From Camelus dromedarius (Eukaryota), in contig NC_087437.1 in NCBI RefSeq assembly GCF_036321535.1, positions 45,138,001-45,202,000 of the forward strand: 64,000 bases of DNA, read 5' to 3'. Position 1 is the stretch's first letter. Every line of letters starts with the position of its first letter. Below the pieces are notes generated by a model that did no database searches, was not told the DNA's origin, and saw nothing but the letters and a program-made list of their open reading frames with translations. Made by a program: the position numbers and the translations under genes. Shown here one piece after another: positions 1-11,788 of this stretch.

Positions 1-524
1 CAGATCAAGCAAATGGAAAATAAAAGCAATAGAAACAGTTTGATTTCTTCCATGTGAGCTCTCCAAATATCATGCCACTAGTGAAACCACTTTGTAAAAC
101 AGCATAAGAAACTGTGAGTTAGAAATGCAAAAACTGATCAAAGACTAGAGGAATCATTACTGAAAATTTTCCTCTGGAGGAAAAAGAGTAGGTGGGCTTG
201 AATTAAATATATGTGGGCAGAGCCAGGACACGGAAGACTAAAGAAAGAAATGTTCTCTAAAACCTACACGTTGGAAGATGGACAGATTATACCCTGGCTC
301 AGAAAAGCTTTGAGAATCTGAAAAGAGACACCTTGGGGAAGAAGTCTGTGGGACTGCAGCTTCTACTTGGCCTCTCAGCAGGTTCACTGAGATTTTCTAT
401 GATAAAATTAATAAAAATAGTATCTCCACAAAAGTGTTTGTCATGATATCTCAGTAAAGCTGGGGTGAAAAAAAAACTTTATCGGGATCCAGTCCTTTCT
501 TTTCAGAGAAAAAAATGTCTTTTT

Positions 525-950
525 AAAGCACTACTTTCAATATCAAAAACTGGAAACCAGCTAAATAGCCATTATTGTGGGAATGGTCAATAAAATACAT
601 TCATACTAAACAGCTATAAGAAAGCAGCCCTTAATAAGAATGTGATACACAGGCACATTCACCTGGGAAAGTAGCAATGATACATTTTTAATGAAAATTA
701 CAGAATAATATATATATATAATGGTTCATTTTTATAAAAGCAAAATCTGTATGTGTGTATGCACGTATGTGCGTAAGTGTGCTAACAAAGTATACAAAAT
801 AATCAGCTGAATATAATACACTAGACTGTTAACAGTACGTGGAGGAGGGTAGGTCTGGGTTAGTCTGGGTTAGAGTTAGGGCACTGATATTGGGAAATTG
901 AAAGTCTAAAGATGAGAACTCACTCTTTTTTAAACTGAAAAAATTTTGAG
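525..950 (+). mobile_element. Ancient L1 (L1ME-like) 3' region fragment
   Basis: 'aaaaactggaaaccagctaaatagccattattgtgggaatggtcaataaaatac' resembles the L1M ORF2-end/3'UTR motif (actggaaacaacctaaatgtccatcaataggggaatgg). Confidence 0.65.
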
Positions 951-1999
951 AGGGCTATTTTTAAATTTTCTGTGTTTTTAGTAGTTTAAAACCTTTAAAA
1001 ATATTTGGCTTATTAATAATGTCTTACTTTGAAGAGATTTTTCTCTCTTAATATTTCCTATCTTGTACTGTCAAATTTTTACTTCTCTTTCCCTCCTGGT
1101 TTCCTTCCCTCAGCTTTAAAAAACATTCAAGTTTTCTCCCAAATGGTAGAAAAAAAAATCTCTCAATCCCGTGTCACCTTTTAACAAACTATTTCTACCT
1201 GCTTAGTTCTCTGGAATCTTTTGAACATGTTTTCAAAGATCTGTTGGGAAAAATTATGTAATTGCTCTGTATGTCTTTGCTATCCTAACTCGAGAACTCT
1301 AAATTCCCAAACAAGTAAATATCAGCTTTCAAGCACACTGGTTTGCATTTTATACAATCTGCTTCCAAGGCAACTAAATGCTTAAGATGGCAAATCTCAT
1401 CTTGGCTATGTGGTTGGCCATCTTTGTTCATTTATATGCTAATTCAAATGGAAAGCAATATGATATAATGATGATGGTTATTCCAGAAGACTGCGAGCTT
1501 AATACCTTTTTAACACATAATTTAATATTATAATTCAGAGACCAGCAGTAAAACTTGATGCCTTCTGTTGTTTTGCAAATTTGTTGATTATTTCCTTAAG
1601 GAAATAGTGTCAAACACGGACTTCTCAGTTGAAAGGGCAGCAAGGTCTTAAAATCCGTTCTGGCTCATTGGGCTACTTAGTTACACACACAAATGTTGGA
1701 CTAAGTTAAGTGACTGTGTAAAACAACAAGAAAAAAAATGAATAATGAGATATAATGTGGAGTTCTGCCCACTCACCATATAGCACAGTATTCATAAGTG
1801 AAACAGCTATTCTTTAATTCTTTAATTACAAAGCTCAAAAAAAGAGTGATTATTTTGGTTTTAAAGAAACTTTCAATAAAAATCCATGATCAAAACATTT
1901 AACTAGTAATCCTTTTTATCACTAATGGACTAATAGTTTTATTAAATTACTTTATAAACATTAAATTGATTTTAAAATCCTGTCTGTGCAGATAGTAAA

Positions 2000-2130
2000 C
2001 TCTATTATTCCCATTTTACTAACTAGAGACTACATATTAAACATTTCAAGTTCCTACACATATCAGTTACTCACATATGGATGAAAAACAAAGATTCTTT
2101 GTTTTCCTTAACCAATATGTGCTTCATAGA
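2000..2130 (-). mobile_element. MIR fragment
   Basis: Begins 'tattattcccattttac', the reverse complement of the MIR core; the rest is highly decayed. Confidence 0.5.
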
Positions 2131-2399
2131 GTAGAGCTAATCTACGTATCTTGATATTTCAGCATTTTTGACTTCCATTTTTGCCGAAATTTCATATAGT
2201 TTAAATAGGCAGCATTGTACATTTAGATGATTTTGTCTCCTCTGGTACACACTCAACATCAACATTACTGGAAAGATGATCTTGAAAAATGGCTAAAATA
2301 TAATACATACAAACCAGCACAGAACAAAAGTAGAACTCCTTAGCCATTCCATTCATGGCGCACCTATCTTCTACTCCCTTGTTCTATAGTTTTAAACTG

Positions 2400-2520
2400 A
2401 TTTGTCTCTGCAAGTGTAAATGAAGTCAAAGACAGTGTCTCATATATCTTAGTACTCGCGAAACAACTAGCATAAAACCCTGCACATAGCAGTCATAAAC
2501 AAAATGTTTATTAATTTATT
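2400..2520 (+). mobile_element. L2 3' terminus
   Basis: 'ctagcataaaaccctgcacatagcagtcataaacaaaatgtttattaa' matches the L2 3' end (gcacatagtaggtgctcaataaatatttgttgaa). Confidence 0.6.
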
Positions 2521-2984
2521 GCCTGAGATAGAGAATTAATTAGAATAATATGGCTTTGTTTTGAAAGAGCTGAGCTTTAATAATTTAAGGAGAGGAAGGC
2601 AATATTTAAATTATTGGAAGATGGAAAGAAAAATTAGAAGTAAAACTGCAACCTAGCATACAGGGCATGCATTTGAATTGCTTTGGGAGAACAAAACCTG
2701 AGCAGATGGTTAAAACAGACAAAGTCACAGGATGTAAGGGACCTCAGAGGGAAAAACTCTTAACTAATCTTTACAATTTTATATGGTGATTTTAAGAAGT
2801 AATGCAAAAGAAGAAAATGAATACAAGACTCTTTGGACATGGAGTGAAGACGAAAGGACTCAAATATTGCACCTAGATTTCAATTCTAAAAGCCTAAGAC
2901 TTTGAGTGTATGACTATCAGTCACCTGAGACCTTCCTGACCTGGGTGAACTGATTGTCTGGGATAGTGCTGAGCACAGAGCATC

Positions 2985-3190
2985 TCAGAGAACTATAGGG
3001 CTCAGGGTATACAAAAATAAGTTTATTTTTGCTTATACGTCTTTGGTTTAGCTAAAGTAGCTCTACTTTATACTGCAGGGCTTCAGGTTATTCGGCTAGC
3101 TCTGCTTTAGGCTGTAGATGTGTGAATCTGTTGCAATGGCTCTGTACTATGTGTCTCATTCTGGGTCTTAGGCTGGAGGGTCAGTGCCTG
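2985..3190 (-). mobile_element. MaLR LTR fragment (old MLT1 subfamily)
   Basis: 'aagtttatttttgcttat...gtgtctcattctgggtcttaggctggagggtcag' resembles a reverse-oriented old MLT1 LTR. Confidence 0.5.
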
Positions 3191-3194
3191 GGGT

Positions 3195-3385
3195 CAGGGA
3201 CTGAATGTTTGTGTCCCCTCAAAGTTCAAATGTTGAAACCCTACTCCCGATGTGACAGTATTCGAAAATGGGACCTCTGGGAGGTAGTGAGGATTAGATG
3301 ACATCATGAGGATGGAGGCCCTGTGGTGAGATCAATGTCTTGTAAGAGACCTGGAAGAGCCTCTTTTCTTTCTGCTCTCCACCAG
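3195..3385 (+). mobile_element. MaLR LTR 5' half (MLT1A/B-like), truncated
   Basis: 'ggactgaatgtttgtgtcccctcaaagttcaaatgttgaaaccctactcccgatgtgacagtatt...gggaggtagtgaggattagatgacatcatgagg' is a typical MLT1A/B start. Confidence 0.85.
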
Positions 3386-3397
3386 ATCAGGGTACAC

Positions 3398-3623
3398 TGA
3401 GGGATAAACTGGAAGTTTGATATTAGGAAATACAAACTACTATACATAGAATAGATAAACAAGGTCCTACTGCATATAGCACTGAGAACTATATTCAATA
3501 GCTTGTAATACCCTATAATAAAAAAGAATATGGAAAATAATATATATATGTATAACTGAATCACTATGCTGTGCACCAGAAACTAATACAACATTGTAAA
3601 TCAACTATACTTCAATAAAAAAG
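3398..3623 (+). mobile_element. 5'-truncated cetartiodactyl-type L1 3' end
   Basis: 'ataaacaaggtcctactgcatatagcactgagaactatattcaatagcttg...ataactgaatcactatgctgtgcaccagaaactaatacaacattgtaaatcaactatacttcaataaaaa' with an AATAAA/A-tail. Confidence 0.9.
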
Positions 3624-4459
3624 ATTGAAACAGGAGTGAAGAACAGTTATCAAATAATTCAATCACTCATATCTAGTATATTAAAAATGCCAGAATTCTG
3701 AGACACTGTTCTAAAATTTTAATATATTTTAGACATTTATATTTAATAAACATTTTAATAGATACACAAATACAATAATGGCTTGTATAAGCTCCTTTAG
3801 AGATAATAACACAATTCAAATTCCAAGAGCTGACTTTATGTATAATCTGGACCTCCATCAAACACCTCTTACTTATGAGCTTACTTTCCATATACAGTAA
3901 CTTTGAAACAACTTAATTGCTAGGCTGGTAATGCAAAGGAAAACATTTAGTTGGCAAATGTTATCCAAAAAATAATTATTGGGTTTTGTGCACCATCAAT
4001 GCAAGGTCAAGTCTTAATTATACTCATTGTATTTATTCCTGCTAGATATGTATGTAGTCTATAAATTTGAATGTTTCACAGTGTGTGCATTTTGCCTATT
4101 ATGTTTGCTGATGATGCACTAGATTCAGAAGTCATGGAGACTTGTAAGAAAAGTAGTAATGGATTTCTTGAGGGCAAGAAAAGATCTTTCATTTTTGTGC
4201 ACCCAAAGTCTACAGGACTTCCCATAATGGAAAAGCAAATGATGAATAAATGCAATTTCACTTTTGCAGAAACAATTTGAATAAGGACAGGGTAAATAGT
4301 GAAATTTTCCCATTGGGCTGGCTGTTTGTCATCAGGGCAGAGCTGACATTGCTCAGTTCTTACCGGTTTTTAATTGAAATTCCATTATAACGTTTTTGAA
4401 TACCTGGGGAGGAGGTAATATCAATACTTTCTTAAAAAGTAATCCAAATGTGTTCAGGC

Positions 4460-7400
4460 ATTATTTATTCAGCAAATATTTTTAAGCACTTGGTCTGTTC
4501 TAGGTACAGTTTAAATACTTGCATACTTTGGTGAAGAAAAGGGAAATATATATACACATATGAAATAGTTTAAAAAGAAAAATACTATAATAAAAATTAA
4601 AATAGGTTGATGTGTCCAAGCATGGCTTGGTAGTTGTTTTTTGATCTCATGATTACAGAAAGCTTCTTGAAAAGCTGATAGTTAAACAGAGATCCAAGAG
4701 GAGAAAAAAGTCATACAAAATCTAGAGGAAAAGCATTTCAGGCAGAGGGGACACCCTGTGCAAAGGCCTTGAGTTAGATGTGAGATTAACATGTTTAAAA
4801 AACAGAGAAGGTCAGAGTGGCTGAAGTATATTGGGAAAGAGAAAGAGTAGAACAAAGACGGAATGTTTAGTTACTTAGAGTTTTATAAACCAGGATAAGA
4901 AGTTTAAGTGTTATGGAAAACGTGAGGAGAGGACATTCAAACAAGAAAATGATTTGCTTTGACCTCTACTTTTAAAAAGATAATTAAGGCTGCTACTTGA
5001 GGAATCAATTATAAAAAGGTAGTAGCAGTCTGGAGGGGAGATGGTCATGACTTTGACATGAGTGGTTAGGGATAAGAATGGAAAGAAATGCATAGATTCA
5101 GAATATGCTCTGTAGGTTGAATCTGTAAGATCAGCTGTTAAAACTGATATGGAAAATTAGTGAAAGAAAAAAACTCAAGATTAATTCTCGATATTTGGTT
5201 TTAAGATGAGGTATATGCTGGTAGTGTTTATGGACATCATGGCAACTAGGGAATGAGAAGTTTGGACAAGCTCTGGTTTATCTTGAGATGCTTAACAGAA
5301 ATCTACATGGAGAAATCACATGGTAGGTAGCTTGATATTCAAGATCTGCATTTTAGGAGAGGTCAGAGCTAGTGAAAGAGTGTCATTAACACATAGATTT
5401 ATTAAAAGTCACAAGATTGTATAAGATCGAATAGGCAAACATTTTAATTAGAATAGCAGTGGTACAAAGATAAGCCACAGTGTACATTGATATTTGAAAG
5501 CTGAATAGAAGAGGAAGACTTAGTGAGTGAGATTTAGAAGAAACCAGTGAATTAGAAGGAAAACAAGGAAGTATAGAGTACAACAGCCAAAGAAGAATGG
5601 GTTTCAGGAAGAAAAAGTACAAAATGCTGTCATGATGTTAAACGATAAAAAAAATAAATAGAAAAGTGACTGTTTCCGTCTGTATGTCAGCAAGAAATAG
5701 ATGATATATACAAAATAGGGTAATTCAAGAAGGTTTAATAAAAGGATTGTATATAAACCTATGTGCTGGGTATAAGGAAATCACAAAGGATAATAGTAGA
5801 AAAGGTTTTATTGTTTTTTTGTGTATTTTTAACCATTCTTAGGACCAGAGACACCAGAGGATAAAGTGGTTACTAGAACTTGGAAGGAATTTCCTACAGA
5901 GAGGGTTACTGTAAGAGAAGTGGCATTGGTCAAGGAACACAATAAGTTCACATATCCTTGCAGAGAGGAAGATGAAGGATTAAATATCCCTACTGAAATC
6001 TCATTCTGGCCTCTGGTCTTCTGCCGGTGCTTTCTATTGACTGAAGCCAACTAGAGACAATAAGCCAAGATATATGACTGTACTTCACACAGATCTGCCT
6101 CCCAGGGCAAAGAATAGGGCGGAAAAGGGTGGAGAAGGAATCTAGAGAGCCAACTAGAGCTATATTGCCCAGCGGCTACTAGATTTTGAAATATACACAT
6201 TGTGGCTTTCACTGGAAAATCACTCATAGATTGCTTGGAACAGGAGCTCAACTGAAATGAATTAAGGAAAGAATCTGAGGTGAGAGTGTGGAGAAATGGA
6301 CAAGGCAAATGGCTGTAAATTAAACCAGAGACATGGAAGGTGGGAAAGGTTACTAGAGTCGGGTATGGGGTTTACTAAGGATTCTTGTTGTTTTTGTTAT
6401 TTTAGATAGAGTATGGTAGAGAATGCATGCTAAGAAGAATGATCTAGCAGAAAAGGAAAAATAATTGAGAGATATGAAATAATTAGGGAAGGAACGATCT
6501 TAAGAAGATCAGATGAAGTAAATCAAAAGAAGGGTAAGGTATGGTCTATGATAGGGACAAAGTGAACTTATACATAATTAAAAAAAAAAAAAGAAAAGCA
6601 AGTGTGTGAAAGGATAAAGGCAGACTGGTTCTTTACAGAATGAGAATACTAGGGAGGTCTGAGCTTATTACATCTATTTCCTTAGTCATCAGGTGAGAGT
6701 GAGGGATGCAGAGGAAGAATGGAGAGGAGGAAGGAGAAGACTGAAACTTTTGGATGATGGGGAAAGTGAACCTAAATAAATAAACCAGGTTGCTTGGCAG
6801 TTTTGAGCATTGCCATATACTTGGCACTGAATTTAAATTGAGGAAGTCAGAAAATTTGTGTGTTCCTCTCTAGAAACATTCACCATCTTAAACTCAGGCA
6901 CAAAGGTAATAGAAAGATATTTTTAACCTTAGCTGGGCTTTTACCATTCACGTTCAAAACATGAAGAAACAATGAAAGTAAAGGGTTTTGCAGGGATGAT
7001 TAAATAAACCACAGATTCTAGGCTTATCATGAAGACACAAACTTAGTTACTGAGCATAAGAAAGTGAGAGGTAATGTATTAGAGCTCTCCATGAGGTAGA
7101 AGAAATACTATAGAGGGTTTATTAAAAGACATGAGCTAGAAGATTAGAAGGTAGCAAGAAGGGAGGATGGTTAAAGATTTTACACTTGATGAAATTAATA
7201 TGTCTATGAGAGTGCGGCTGAAGAGGAATGGAGGAGAAAAGATGGAAGAACTGAGAGACCAAGGTTTTAGAAGGACCAACAATACGAGTGGTGAAATTGC
7301 TAAGAATGTTATTTAGAGTGGTGGAAAGGCTGGTGGCGAACAAGGGGAGGCAGTAGATGGGAAAGTTGAGAGAAATAGCTGTCAGAAGCCCTGGTCTTTG

Positions 7401-7900
7401 GAGAAGAAATCGTTTGAGGGAAGCAACAGAGATCAAGGAGGATTTGTATCCTAATACCAGGACTAAGGCAGGCAGACTGTGAAAGAAAAAGAAATAAAGG
7501 CTTTCATTTGAGAGGACTTCATCCAAGCTGAGCAGATTTCATTTGGGGCAGGAAGGGAAGATTCAGAGATACAGTAAAGGATATAGAGGTTGTTGCTATT
7601 GTTAATATCATCAGCCATCAGAAAGAAAACTCAGGAAGGGAGCCAGGGACTGCAGTTGCGTGAGGCAAAGGTACGCAAGGAGTGGTGTGGGACTGGGAAG
7701 AGCAGTCTTCACACCAGAGTTCTGGCATTAAGCAAAGTAATTATGAATGTGAGACATGAAGAGATTAATCCTGACATTCTCTTGGGGAAAGCTGGGTCAC
7801 CAATTTAATTTGTAAGTAAAGGGTCAGAGACAATTTATACAACATTCTTGGAAATAAATGAACTAACCTTAACATCGGGAGCTCATTGTGCTGGCTTTTT
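4460..7900 (-). mobile_element. Long L2 remnant (3' end plus internal ORF2 region), interrupted by an ERVL LTR
   Basis: Starts 'ttatttattcagcaaatatttttaagcact' (reverse L2 tail) and contains 'aagcatttcaggcagaggggacaccctgtgcaaaggccttgag'. Purine-rich L2-like sequence resumes after 6175. The far end is approximate. Confidence 0.75.
5675..6172. mobile_element. ERVL solo LTR (LTR33-like)
   Basis: 'gggtaattcaagaaggtttaataaaagga...aaggaaatcacaaaggata' and 'ctgcctcccagggcaaagaatagggcggaaaagggtggagaaggaatctag' match remembered LTR33-family motifs. Confidence 0.65.
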
Positions 7901-7994
7901 TAGTGCTCTCCCACGTAGAACATTAAATAGACCTAGCAAGAAAGGTCTCCACAGTTCTGTTTAGGATTCTCCAGGGGCAGTCTCCTGTGGGCTG

Positions 7995-8055
7995 AGAAAC
8001 AAGTATGATGCCCGGCAGAGAGTGATGTTCAGTAAGTGTCTGTTGAATGAAAGAC
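7995..8055 (+). mobile_element. L2 3' tail
   Basis: 'tgcccggcagagagtgatgttcagtaagtgtctgttgaatgaa'. Confidence 0.55.
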
Positions 8056-9244
8056 ACTTGGATGTGCTCTTCAGCTTCAGCTGCTAGTTGAAATCAGCCA
8101 CCTCTCACACATGTGAGGGAGGCATTTTGCCTGGTTCTGTGTCTGATGCCCGCTGTCAGCACTGCTCAGGGGCCGCCCTGCTGGCCAAGCTTCCACCACC
8201 ACTCTGATGCAGCTTCACCCTGCCTCTGAGTTCTATGCAGAAATTGGGGGAACGACTCTCTTTACAAGTCTTCCTTTTAAGAGAGCCTACTTCCCTCAGG
8301 CTTCTCAAGATCATTCTTCAACACACACATTGTAACACCATTCTCTGCTCCTAGTGATCACAGAGAAGCAGATGGACACTGTATTTTCATCCATTTCCTT
8401 CTCCCATTCTCCCCTCATCTCTTTTTCTTGCTTGCTCCTGCTCTCAGCAATTGCTCCCTCCAGTAGAATCCTTAACTTGAATACCAAATCATGCAAATAT
8501 GTATCTTGGAAGTCAGTTGCCCAACACATCTGTTTCTCAGTTAGACTCATCAAAGTTTATCAAGAGATTTGTTATTTGATCAATACGCCTCAAAAGAAAA
8601 GTATCAGTCTCATTTGTCTAATGTTTCTCCGAATTTATTGTACATGATGAAACATAGTAAGAACTTATGGTTTCCATTTTCTTAAGCCAACTGCATAACA
8701 AAGATTTTATTAAGATTTGGAATATGTCAATGTGTTTTCCCCAAAGTTGTCACATTATAATTCTTGTAGTGATGCCTACTAATAAGAGTTGATGGGAGGA
8801 GAGGATTGAGTAATGGACCCAATAAAAACAAACATATTTCTTAACTAGCAACCTAATCTAGATGGCCCTGATTTGGCAGAAAATTTTAACTCTTTAGTAA
8901 TTTATTTCAACTCTTAAGTAATTCATAGAAATAGACATTTATGCAATAATTTACACAAATGAACATTATTTCTAAATTAAGTAAAATAGAATTTGATGAA
9001 AATTAACTGTCAGATATCAACAATTTTATATTACATAGATAGAAGTTTTCTTAAAAAATAAAAATACCTGATGTAAGCAATTTATGTTATGATCTGAAAT
9101 AAAAATTTACTCCTGCTTATTTTCAGAATTACAATCATTATTAAATTCATATAGAGTATTTAATAATAAACAGAGGACATCGAGAAGGTTAACAGCATCA
9201 TTTTAATTTAATAATCCATGAGGCTGTGAGGAATATAAAAGTCC

Positions 9245-9405
9245 ATACAGCTGGGGAAGTCATTTAACTTGTTATACCTAAGGTGTTTTTTTCCTATTTA
9301 CCTTTTAAATGAATACTATTCACATACTCACACAGTTGTTGAAAAGTATAAGTAATAACAAAACTGCAGAACAGTTTCTAGAAATATAAAGTGCTATGTG
9401 GATGC
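9245..9405 (+). mobile_element. MIR
   Basis: 'ggggaagtcatttaacttg...ctcacacagttgttgaaaagtataagtaata...tataaagtgctat'. Confidence 0.65.
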
Positions 9406-9819
9406 TTGAAGATGGTTATCCTATGAAGAAAGCTCGAATTTCTATTTATTTCATCAATACAAAATGAAACACCCTCATATCGCCTGAGTGTTATGAGAAG
9501 AGAAATCAAATCCAAATTCTCCACACATAATGAAGAAATAGTTGACATAAAATGAATAGTGACACAAAATTTACATATTTCAGCCCTCACCTGACCTTTT
9601 CATATTACCTAAAATCTTTGCCTACAATAAATGGCTACTTAGTCATCTAGAAAATCAAATTTAGTTGGGCCAAATACTTTGTAATAAAACTGTCCCATGT
9701 GCTAAACTGTCCTCTGAAGAAACTATTTGTGAAAAGAAATTTAAGTCTCCCTTTGAAATAGTGTCCCTGGGGGAATAATTTAAACTCATCCTAAGAATTA
9801 TTTTATTGATCTTTGCAAA

Positions 9820-9980
9820 ACCCTCAGTCAGTTGACCCCGCGCGTAACCCTAGATGAGTCCTTCAACGCTGAGCCTCGGCTTCTACAGCCATAAAAACAA
9901 GGAGGGTGGTAACACCCACCTGACAGCCTCACAGGGTAACTGTAGTGTGATCAGATATGTGAGCATTTGTTAAGCATTTT
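9820..9980 (+). mobile_element. MIR (MIR3/MIRc-like)
   Basis: 'ctgagcctcggcttctacagccataaaaac...cctcacagggtaactgt' follows the MIR core layout. Confidence 0.65.
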
Positions 9981-10529
9981 TCTTACATCTTCACATGTAA
10001 GGAAGAAGGGAGCTGAAAAACTATGATTCTCATTGTTTACATTGTTTGACTTTGACTCCCTTAAGAAAAGCAAAATATCTAGTCATATTCCTACCTTACC
10101 TGCTTGCTCTTTCTGAGGATGGGGGGCAAAAATTAAATGATATCAACATTTAACTAAAAAAAAAGCATATCTGAATTAGTCTTTATTTACTTTCTTTAAG
10201 GAAAACAAAAAGCATTCATTTGTAGATGCAGATTTATATAATAAAACACTTATAACCCAGTGAAACTATTATGGTTTCACTGGTGATACACTGCACGTAA
10301 ACACTACACTCAGATTTTAACTAGTTTATCACTCTTGACATTTATTCACATAAATCAGCATCTTCAAGCCCTGTCAACGCTGCTACTTTTAGCCATAAAT
10401 TTAAGTGCAGGCATGAATCTCCATTAACTGACCAAGGTAAATGTAACTTTTTGGTTTATATCTCAGCAGCCAACTTAACTAATAAATATTTCCTGAGTGA
10501 GTCTTATTTAGAATATTTAAATCAACGTA

Positions 10530-10745
10530 TTCAAACAATACAGGAGTACATAAAACAAGAGAATTATAATCCTGGGACTGTACAAACAGAAGCAACCTCT
10601 GTTAAGTTTGGTGTGTATATGTGTGCATGTTTGCTATGTATGTGGGCTGCATATAATAAATATAATCATATATTTTGTTTTATAAAAATGGAATTACTTT
10701 ATAGATGTTTCTCTCCAACTTTCTATTTTAATTTAACAGTATCTA
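10530..10745 (-). mobile_element. Ancient L1 (L1ME-like) 3' fragment
   Basis: 'gcaacctctgttaagtttggtgtgtata...aaaatggaattactttatagatgttt' resembles a reverse L1ME 3'UTR. Confidence 0.45.
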
Positions 10746-11261
10746 TCTCTCTATTAATCATCTATCTAGCTAGCTAGCTACATGACCATCTTTCACAATG
10801 GACCCTTTCCATACAAACTTCTACAGTGTGTTGGTATAAGAAACAGTAAAGCAGGGAACCTAGGAATGCCAATTCTCAAAGCCACGATAAGAAATGGGCA
10901 TCAGGAATGTTGTCAGAAGGAAGCACAAACTTAACCAGCAAACTCAAGGTCAGGGGAACATTACAGTCCATTGGAAGAACATTATAAAAAGAAGTAACCC
11001 CGTAGTACAGTTTCTGTTTACTGGACAAACAGAAAATCAGATAGGAACCTAGTCATTGAAACTCAAGTGTAAGGTTGTATACAGAGAAGCATGGGGAAGA
11101 AAGCATTGGGATTCTGCAACAAGGAAGAATCCAAAAAAAGAAAGTTTTCATTCTTCTATTTCCTAAAGTGTATTGGTTGACTCTTATATTTATCCTTCAT
11201 ATACTTTCCTTGGAGAAGCCCCCCAGGGTCCACAAGCTAAATTAGGTCCCCCTAACATGCT

Positions 11262-11788
11262 CTATATCAGCTAGCTTTTAATGCATAACCAAATGCCTCA
11301 AACTTAGTGGCTTAATATAAATCATTTCTTTAACTCATGATTCTATGAGTCATTTGGGGCTGGGTTCAGCTGTGTGGTTCTTCAACTGGGCTAAGTCACA
11401 TCTCTGTGCTCAGCCACAGGCTCTGCTACCAACTGGTGGTTTGGCTTGGATTTCCTTCTTTGACTGAATAATATCCCCTTACATATATATTTTTTCTTTA
11501 TCCATTCATCTGTTGATGGGCTCGTAGGTTTCTTCTATGCCTCGACCATTGTAAATGATGCTGCTCTGAACATAAGGGTGCATAGTGAGGCTTAATGTGT
11601 AACTACTTCTCAAGTCTTTGCTTGCATCATATTTGCTAAAGGCCTATTGGCCAAAGTAAAGCATATGATCCACTTCGGTGAGAAATAGACTTCATCTCTT
11701 GATGAGAAGATCTGCAATGTCACATTATAAGGGCATGAATGCAGGAAGAGGAAGTATTTGTTTGTAGTCACTTTTACAATCTACCAAA
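11262..11788 (-). mobile_element. MaLR solo LTR (MLT1G/H-like)
   Basis: 'aaacttagtggcttaa...ctcatgattctatg...gggctgggttcagctg' and 'attggccaaagtaaagcatatg...aaatagacttcatctcttgatg...caatctacca'. Confidence 0.8.
11450..11584 (-). mobile_element. Internal L1 fragment (ORF2 end) with no poly(A), inside the MLT1
   Basis: 'tttcttatccattcatctgttgatgggctcgtaggtttcttctatgcctcgaccattgtaaatgatgctgctctgaacataagggtgcata'. Confidence 0.85.

Noticed and set aside
250..320. Peptide MFSKTYTLEDGQII resembling actin's YELPDGQVI
   Set aside because: The similarity does not extend on either side and the frame stops within a few codons; likely chance.
852..880. Telomere-like GGGTTAG repeats
   Set aside because: A short local duplication with only one TTAGGG; not an interstitial telomeric array.
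7122..7526. 134-aa ORF (longest in the track)
   Set aside because: Lies in decayed L2, has Leu/Ser/Phe-biased composition and shows no host-gene features.
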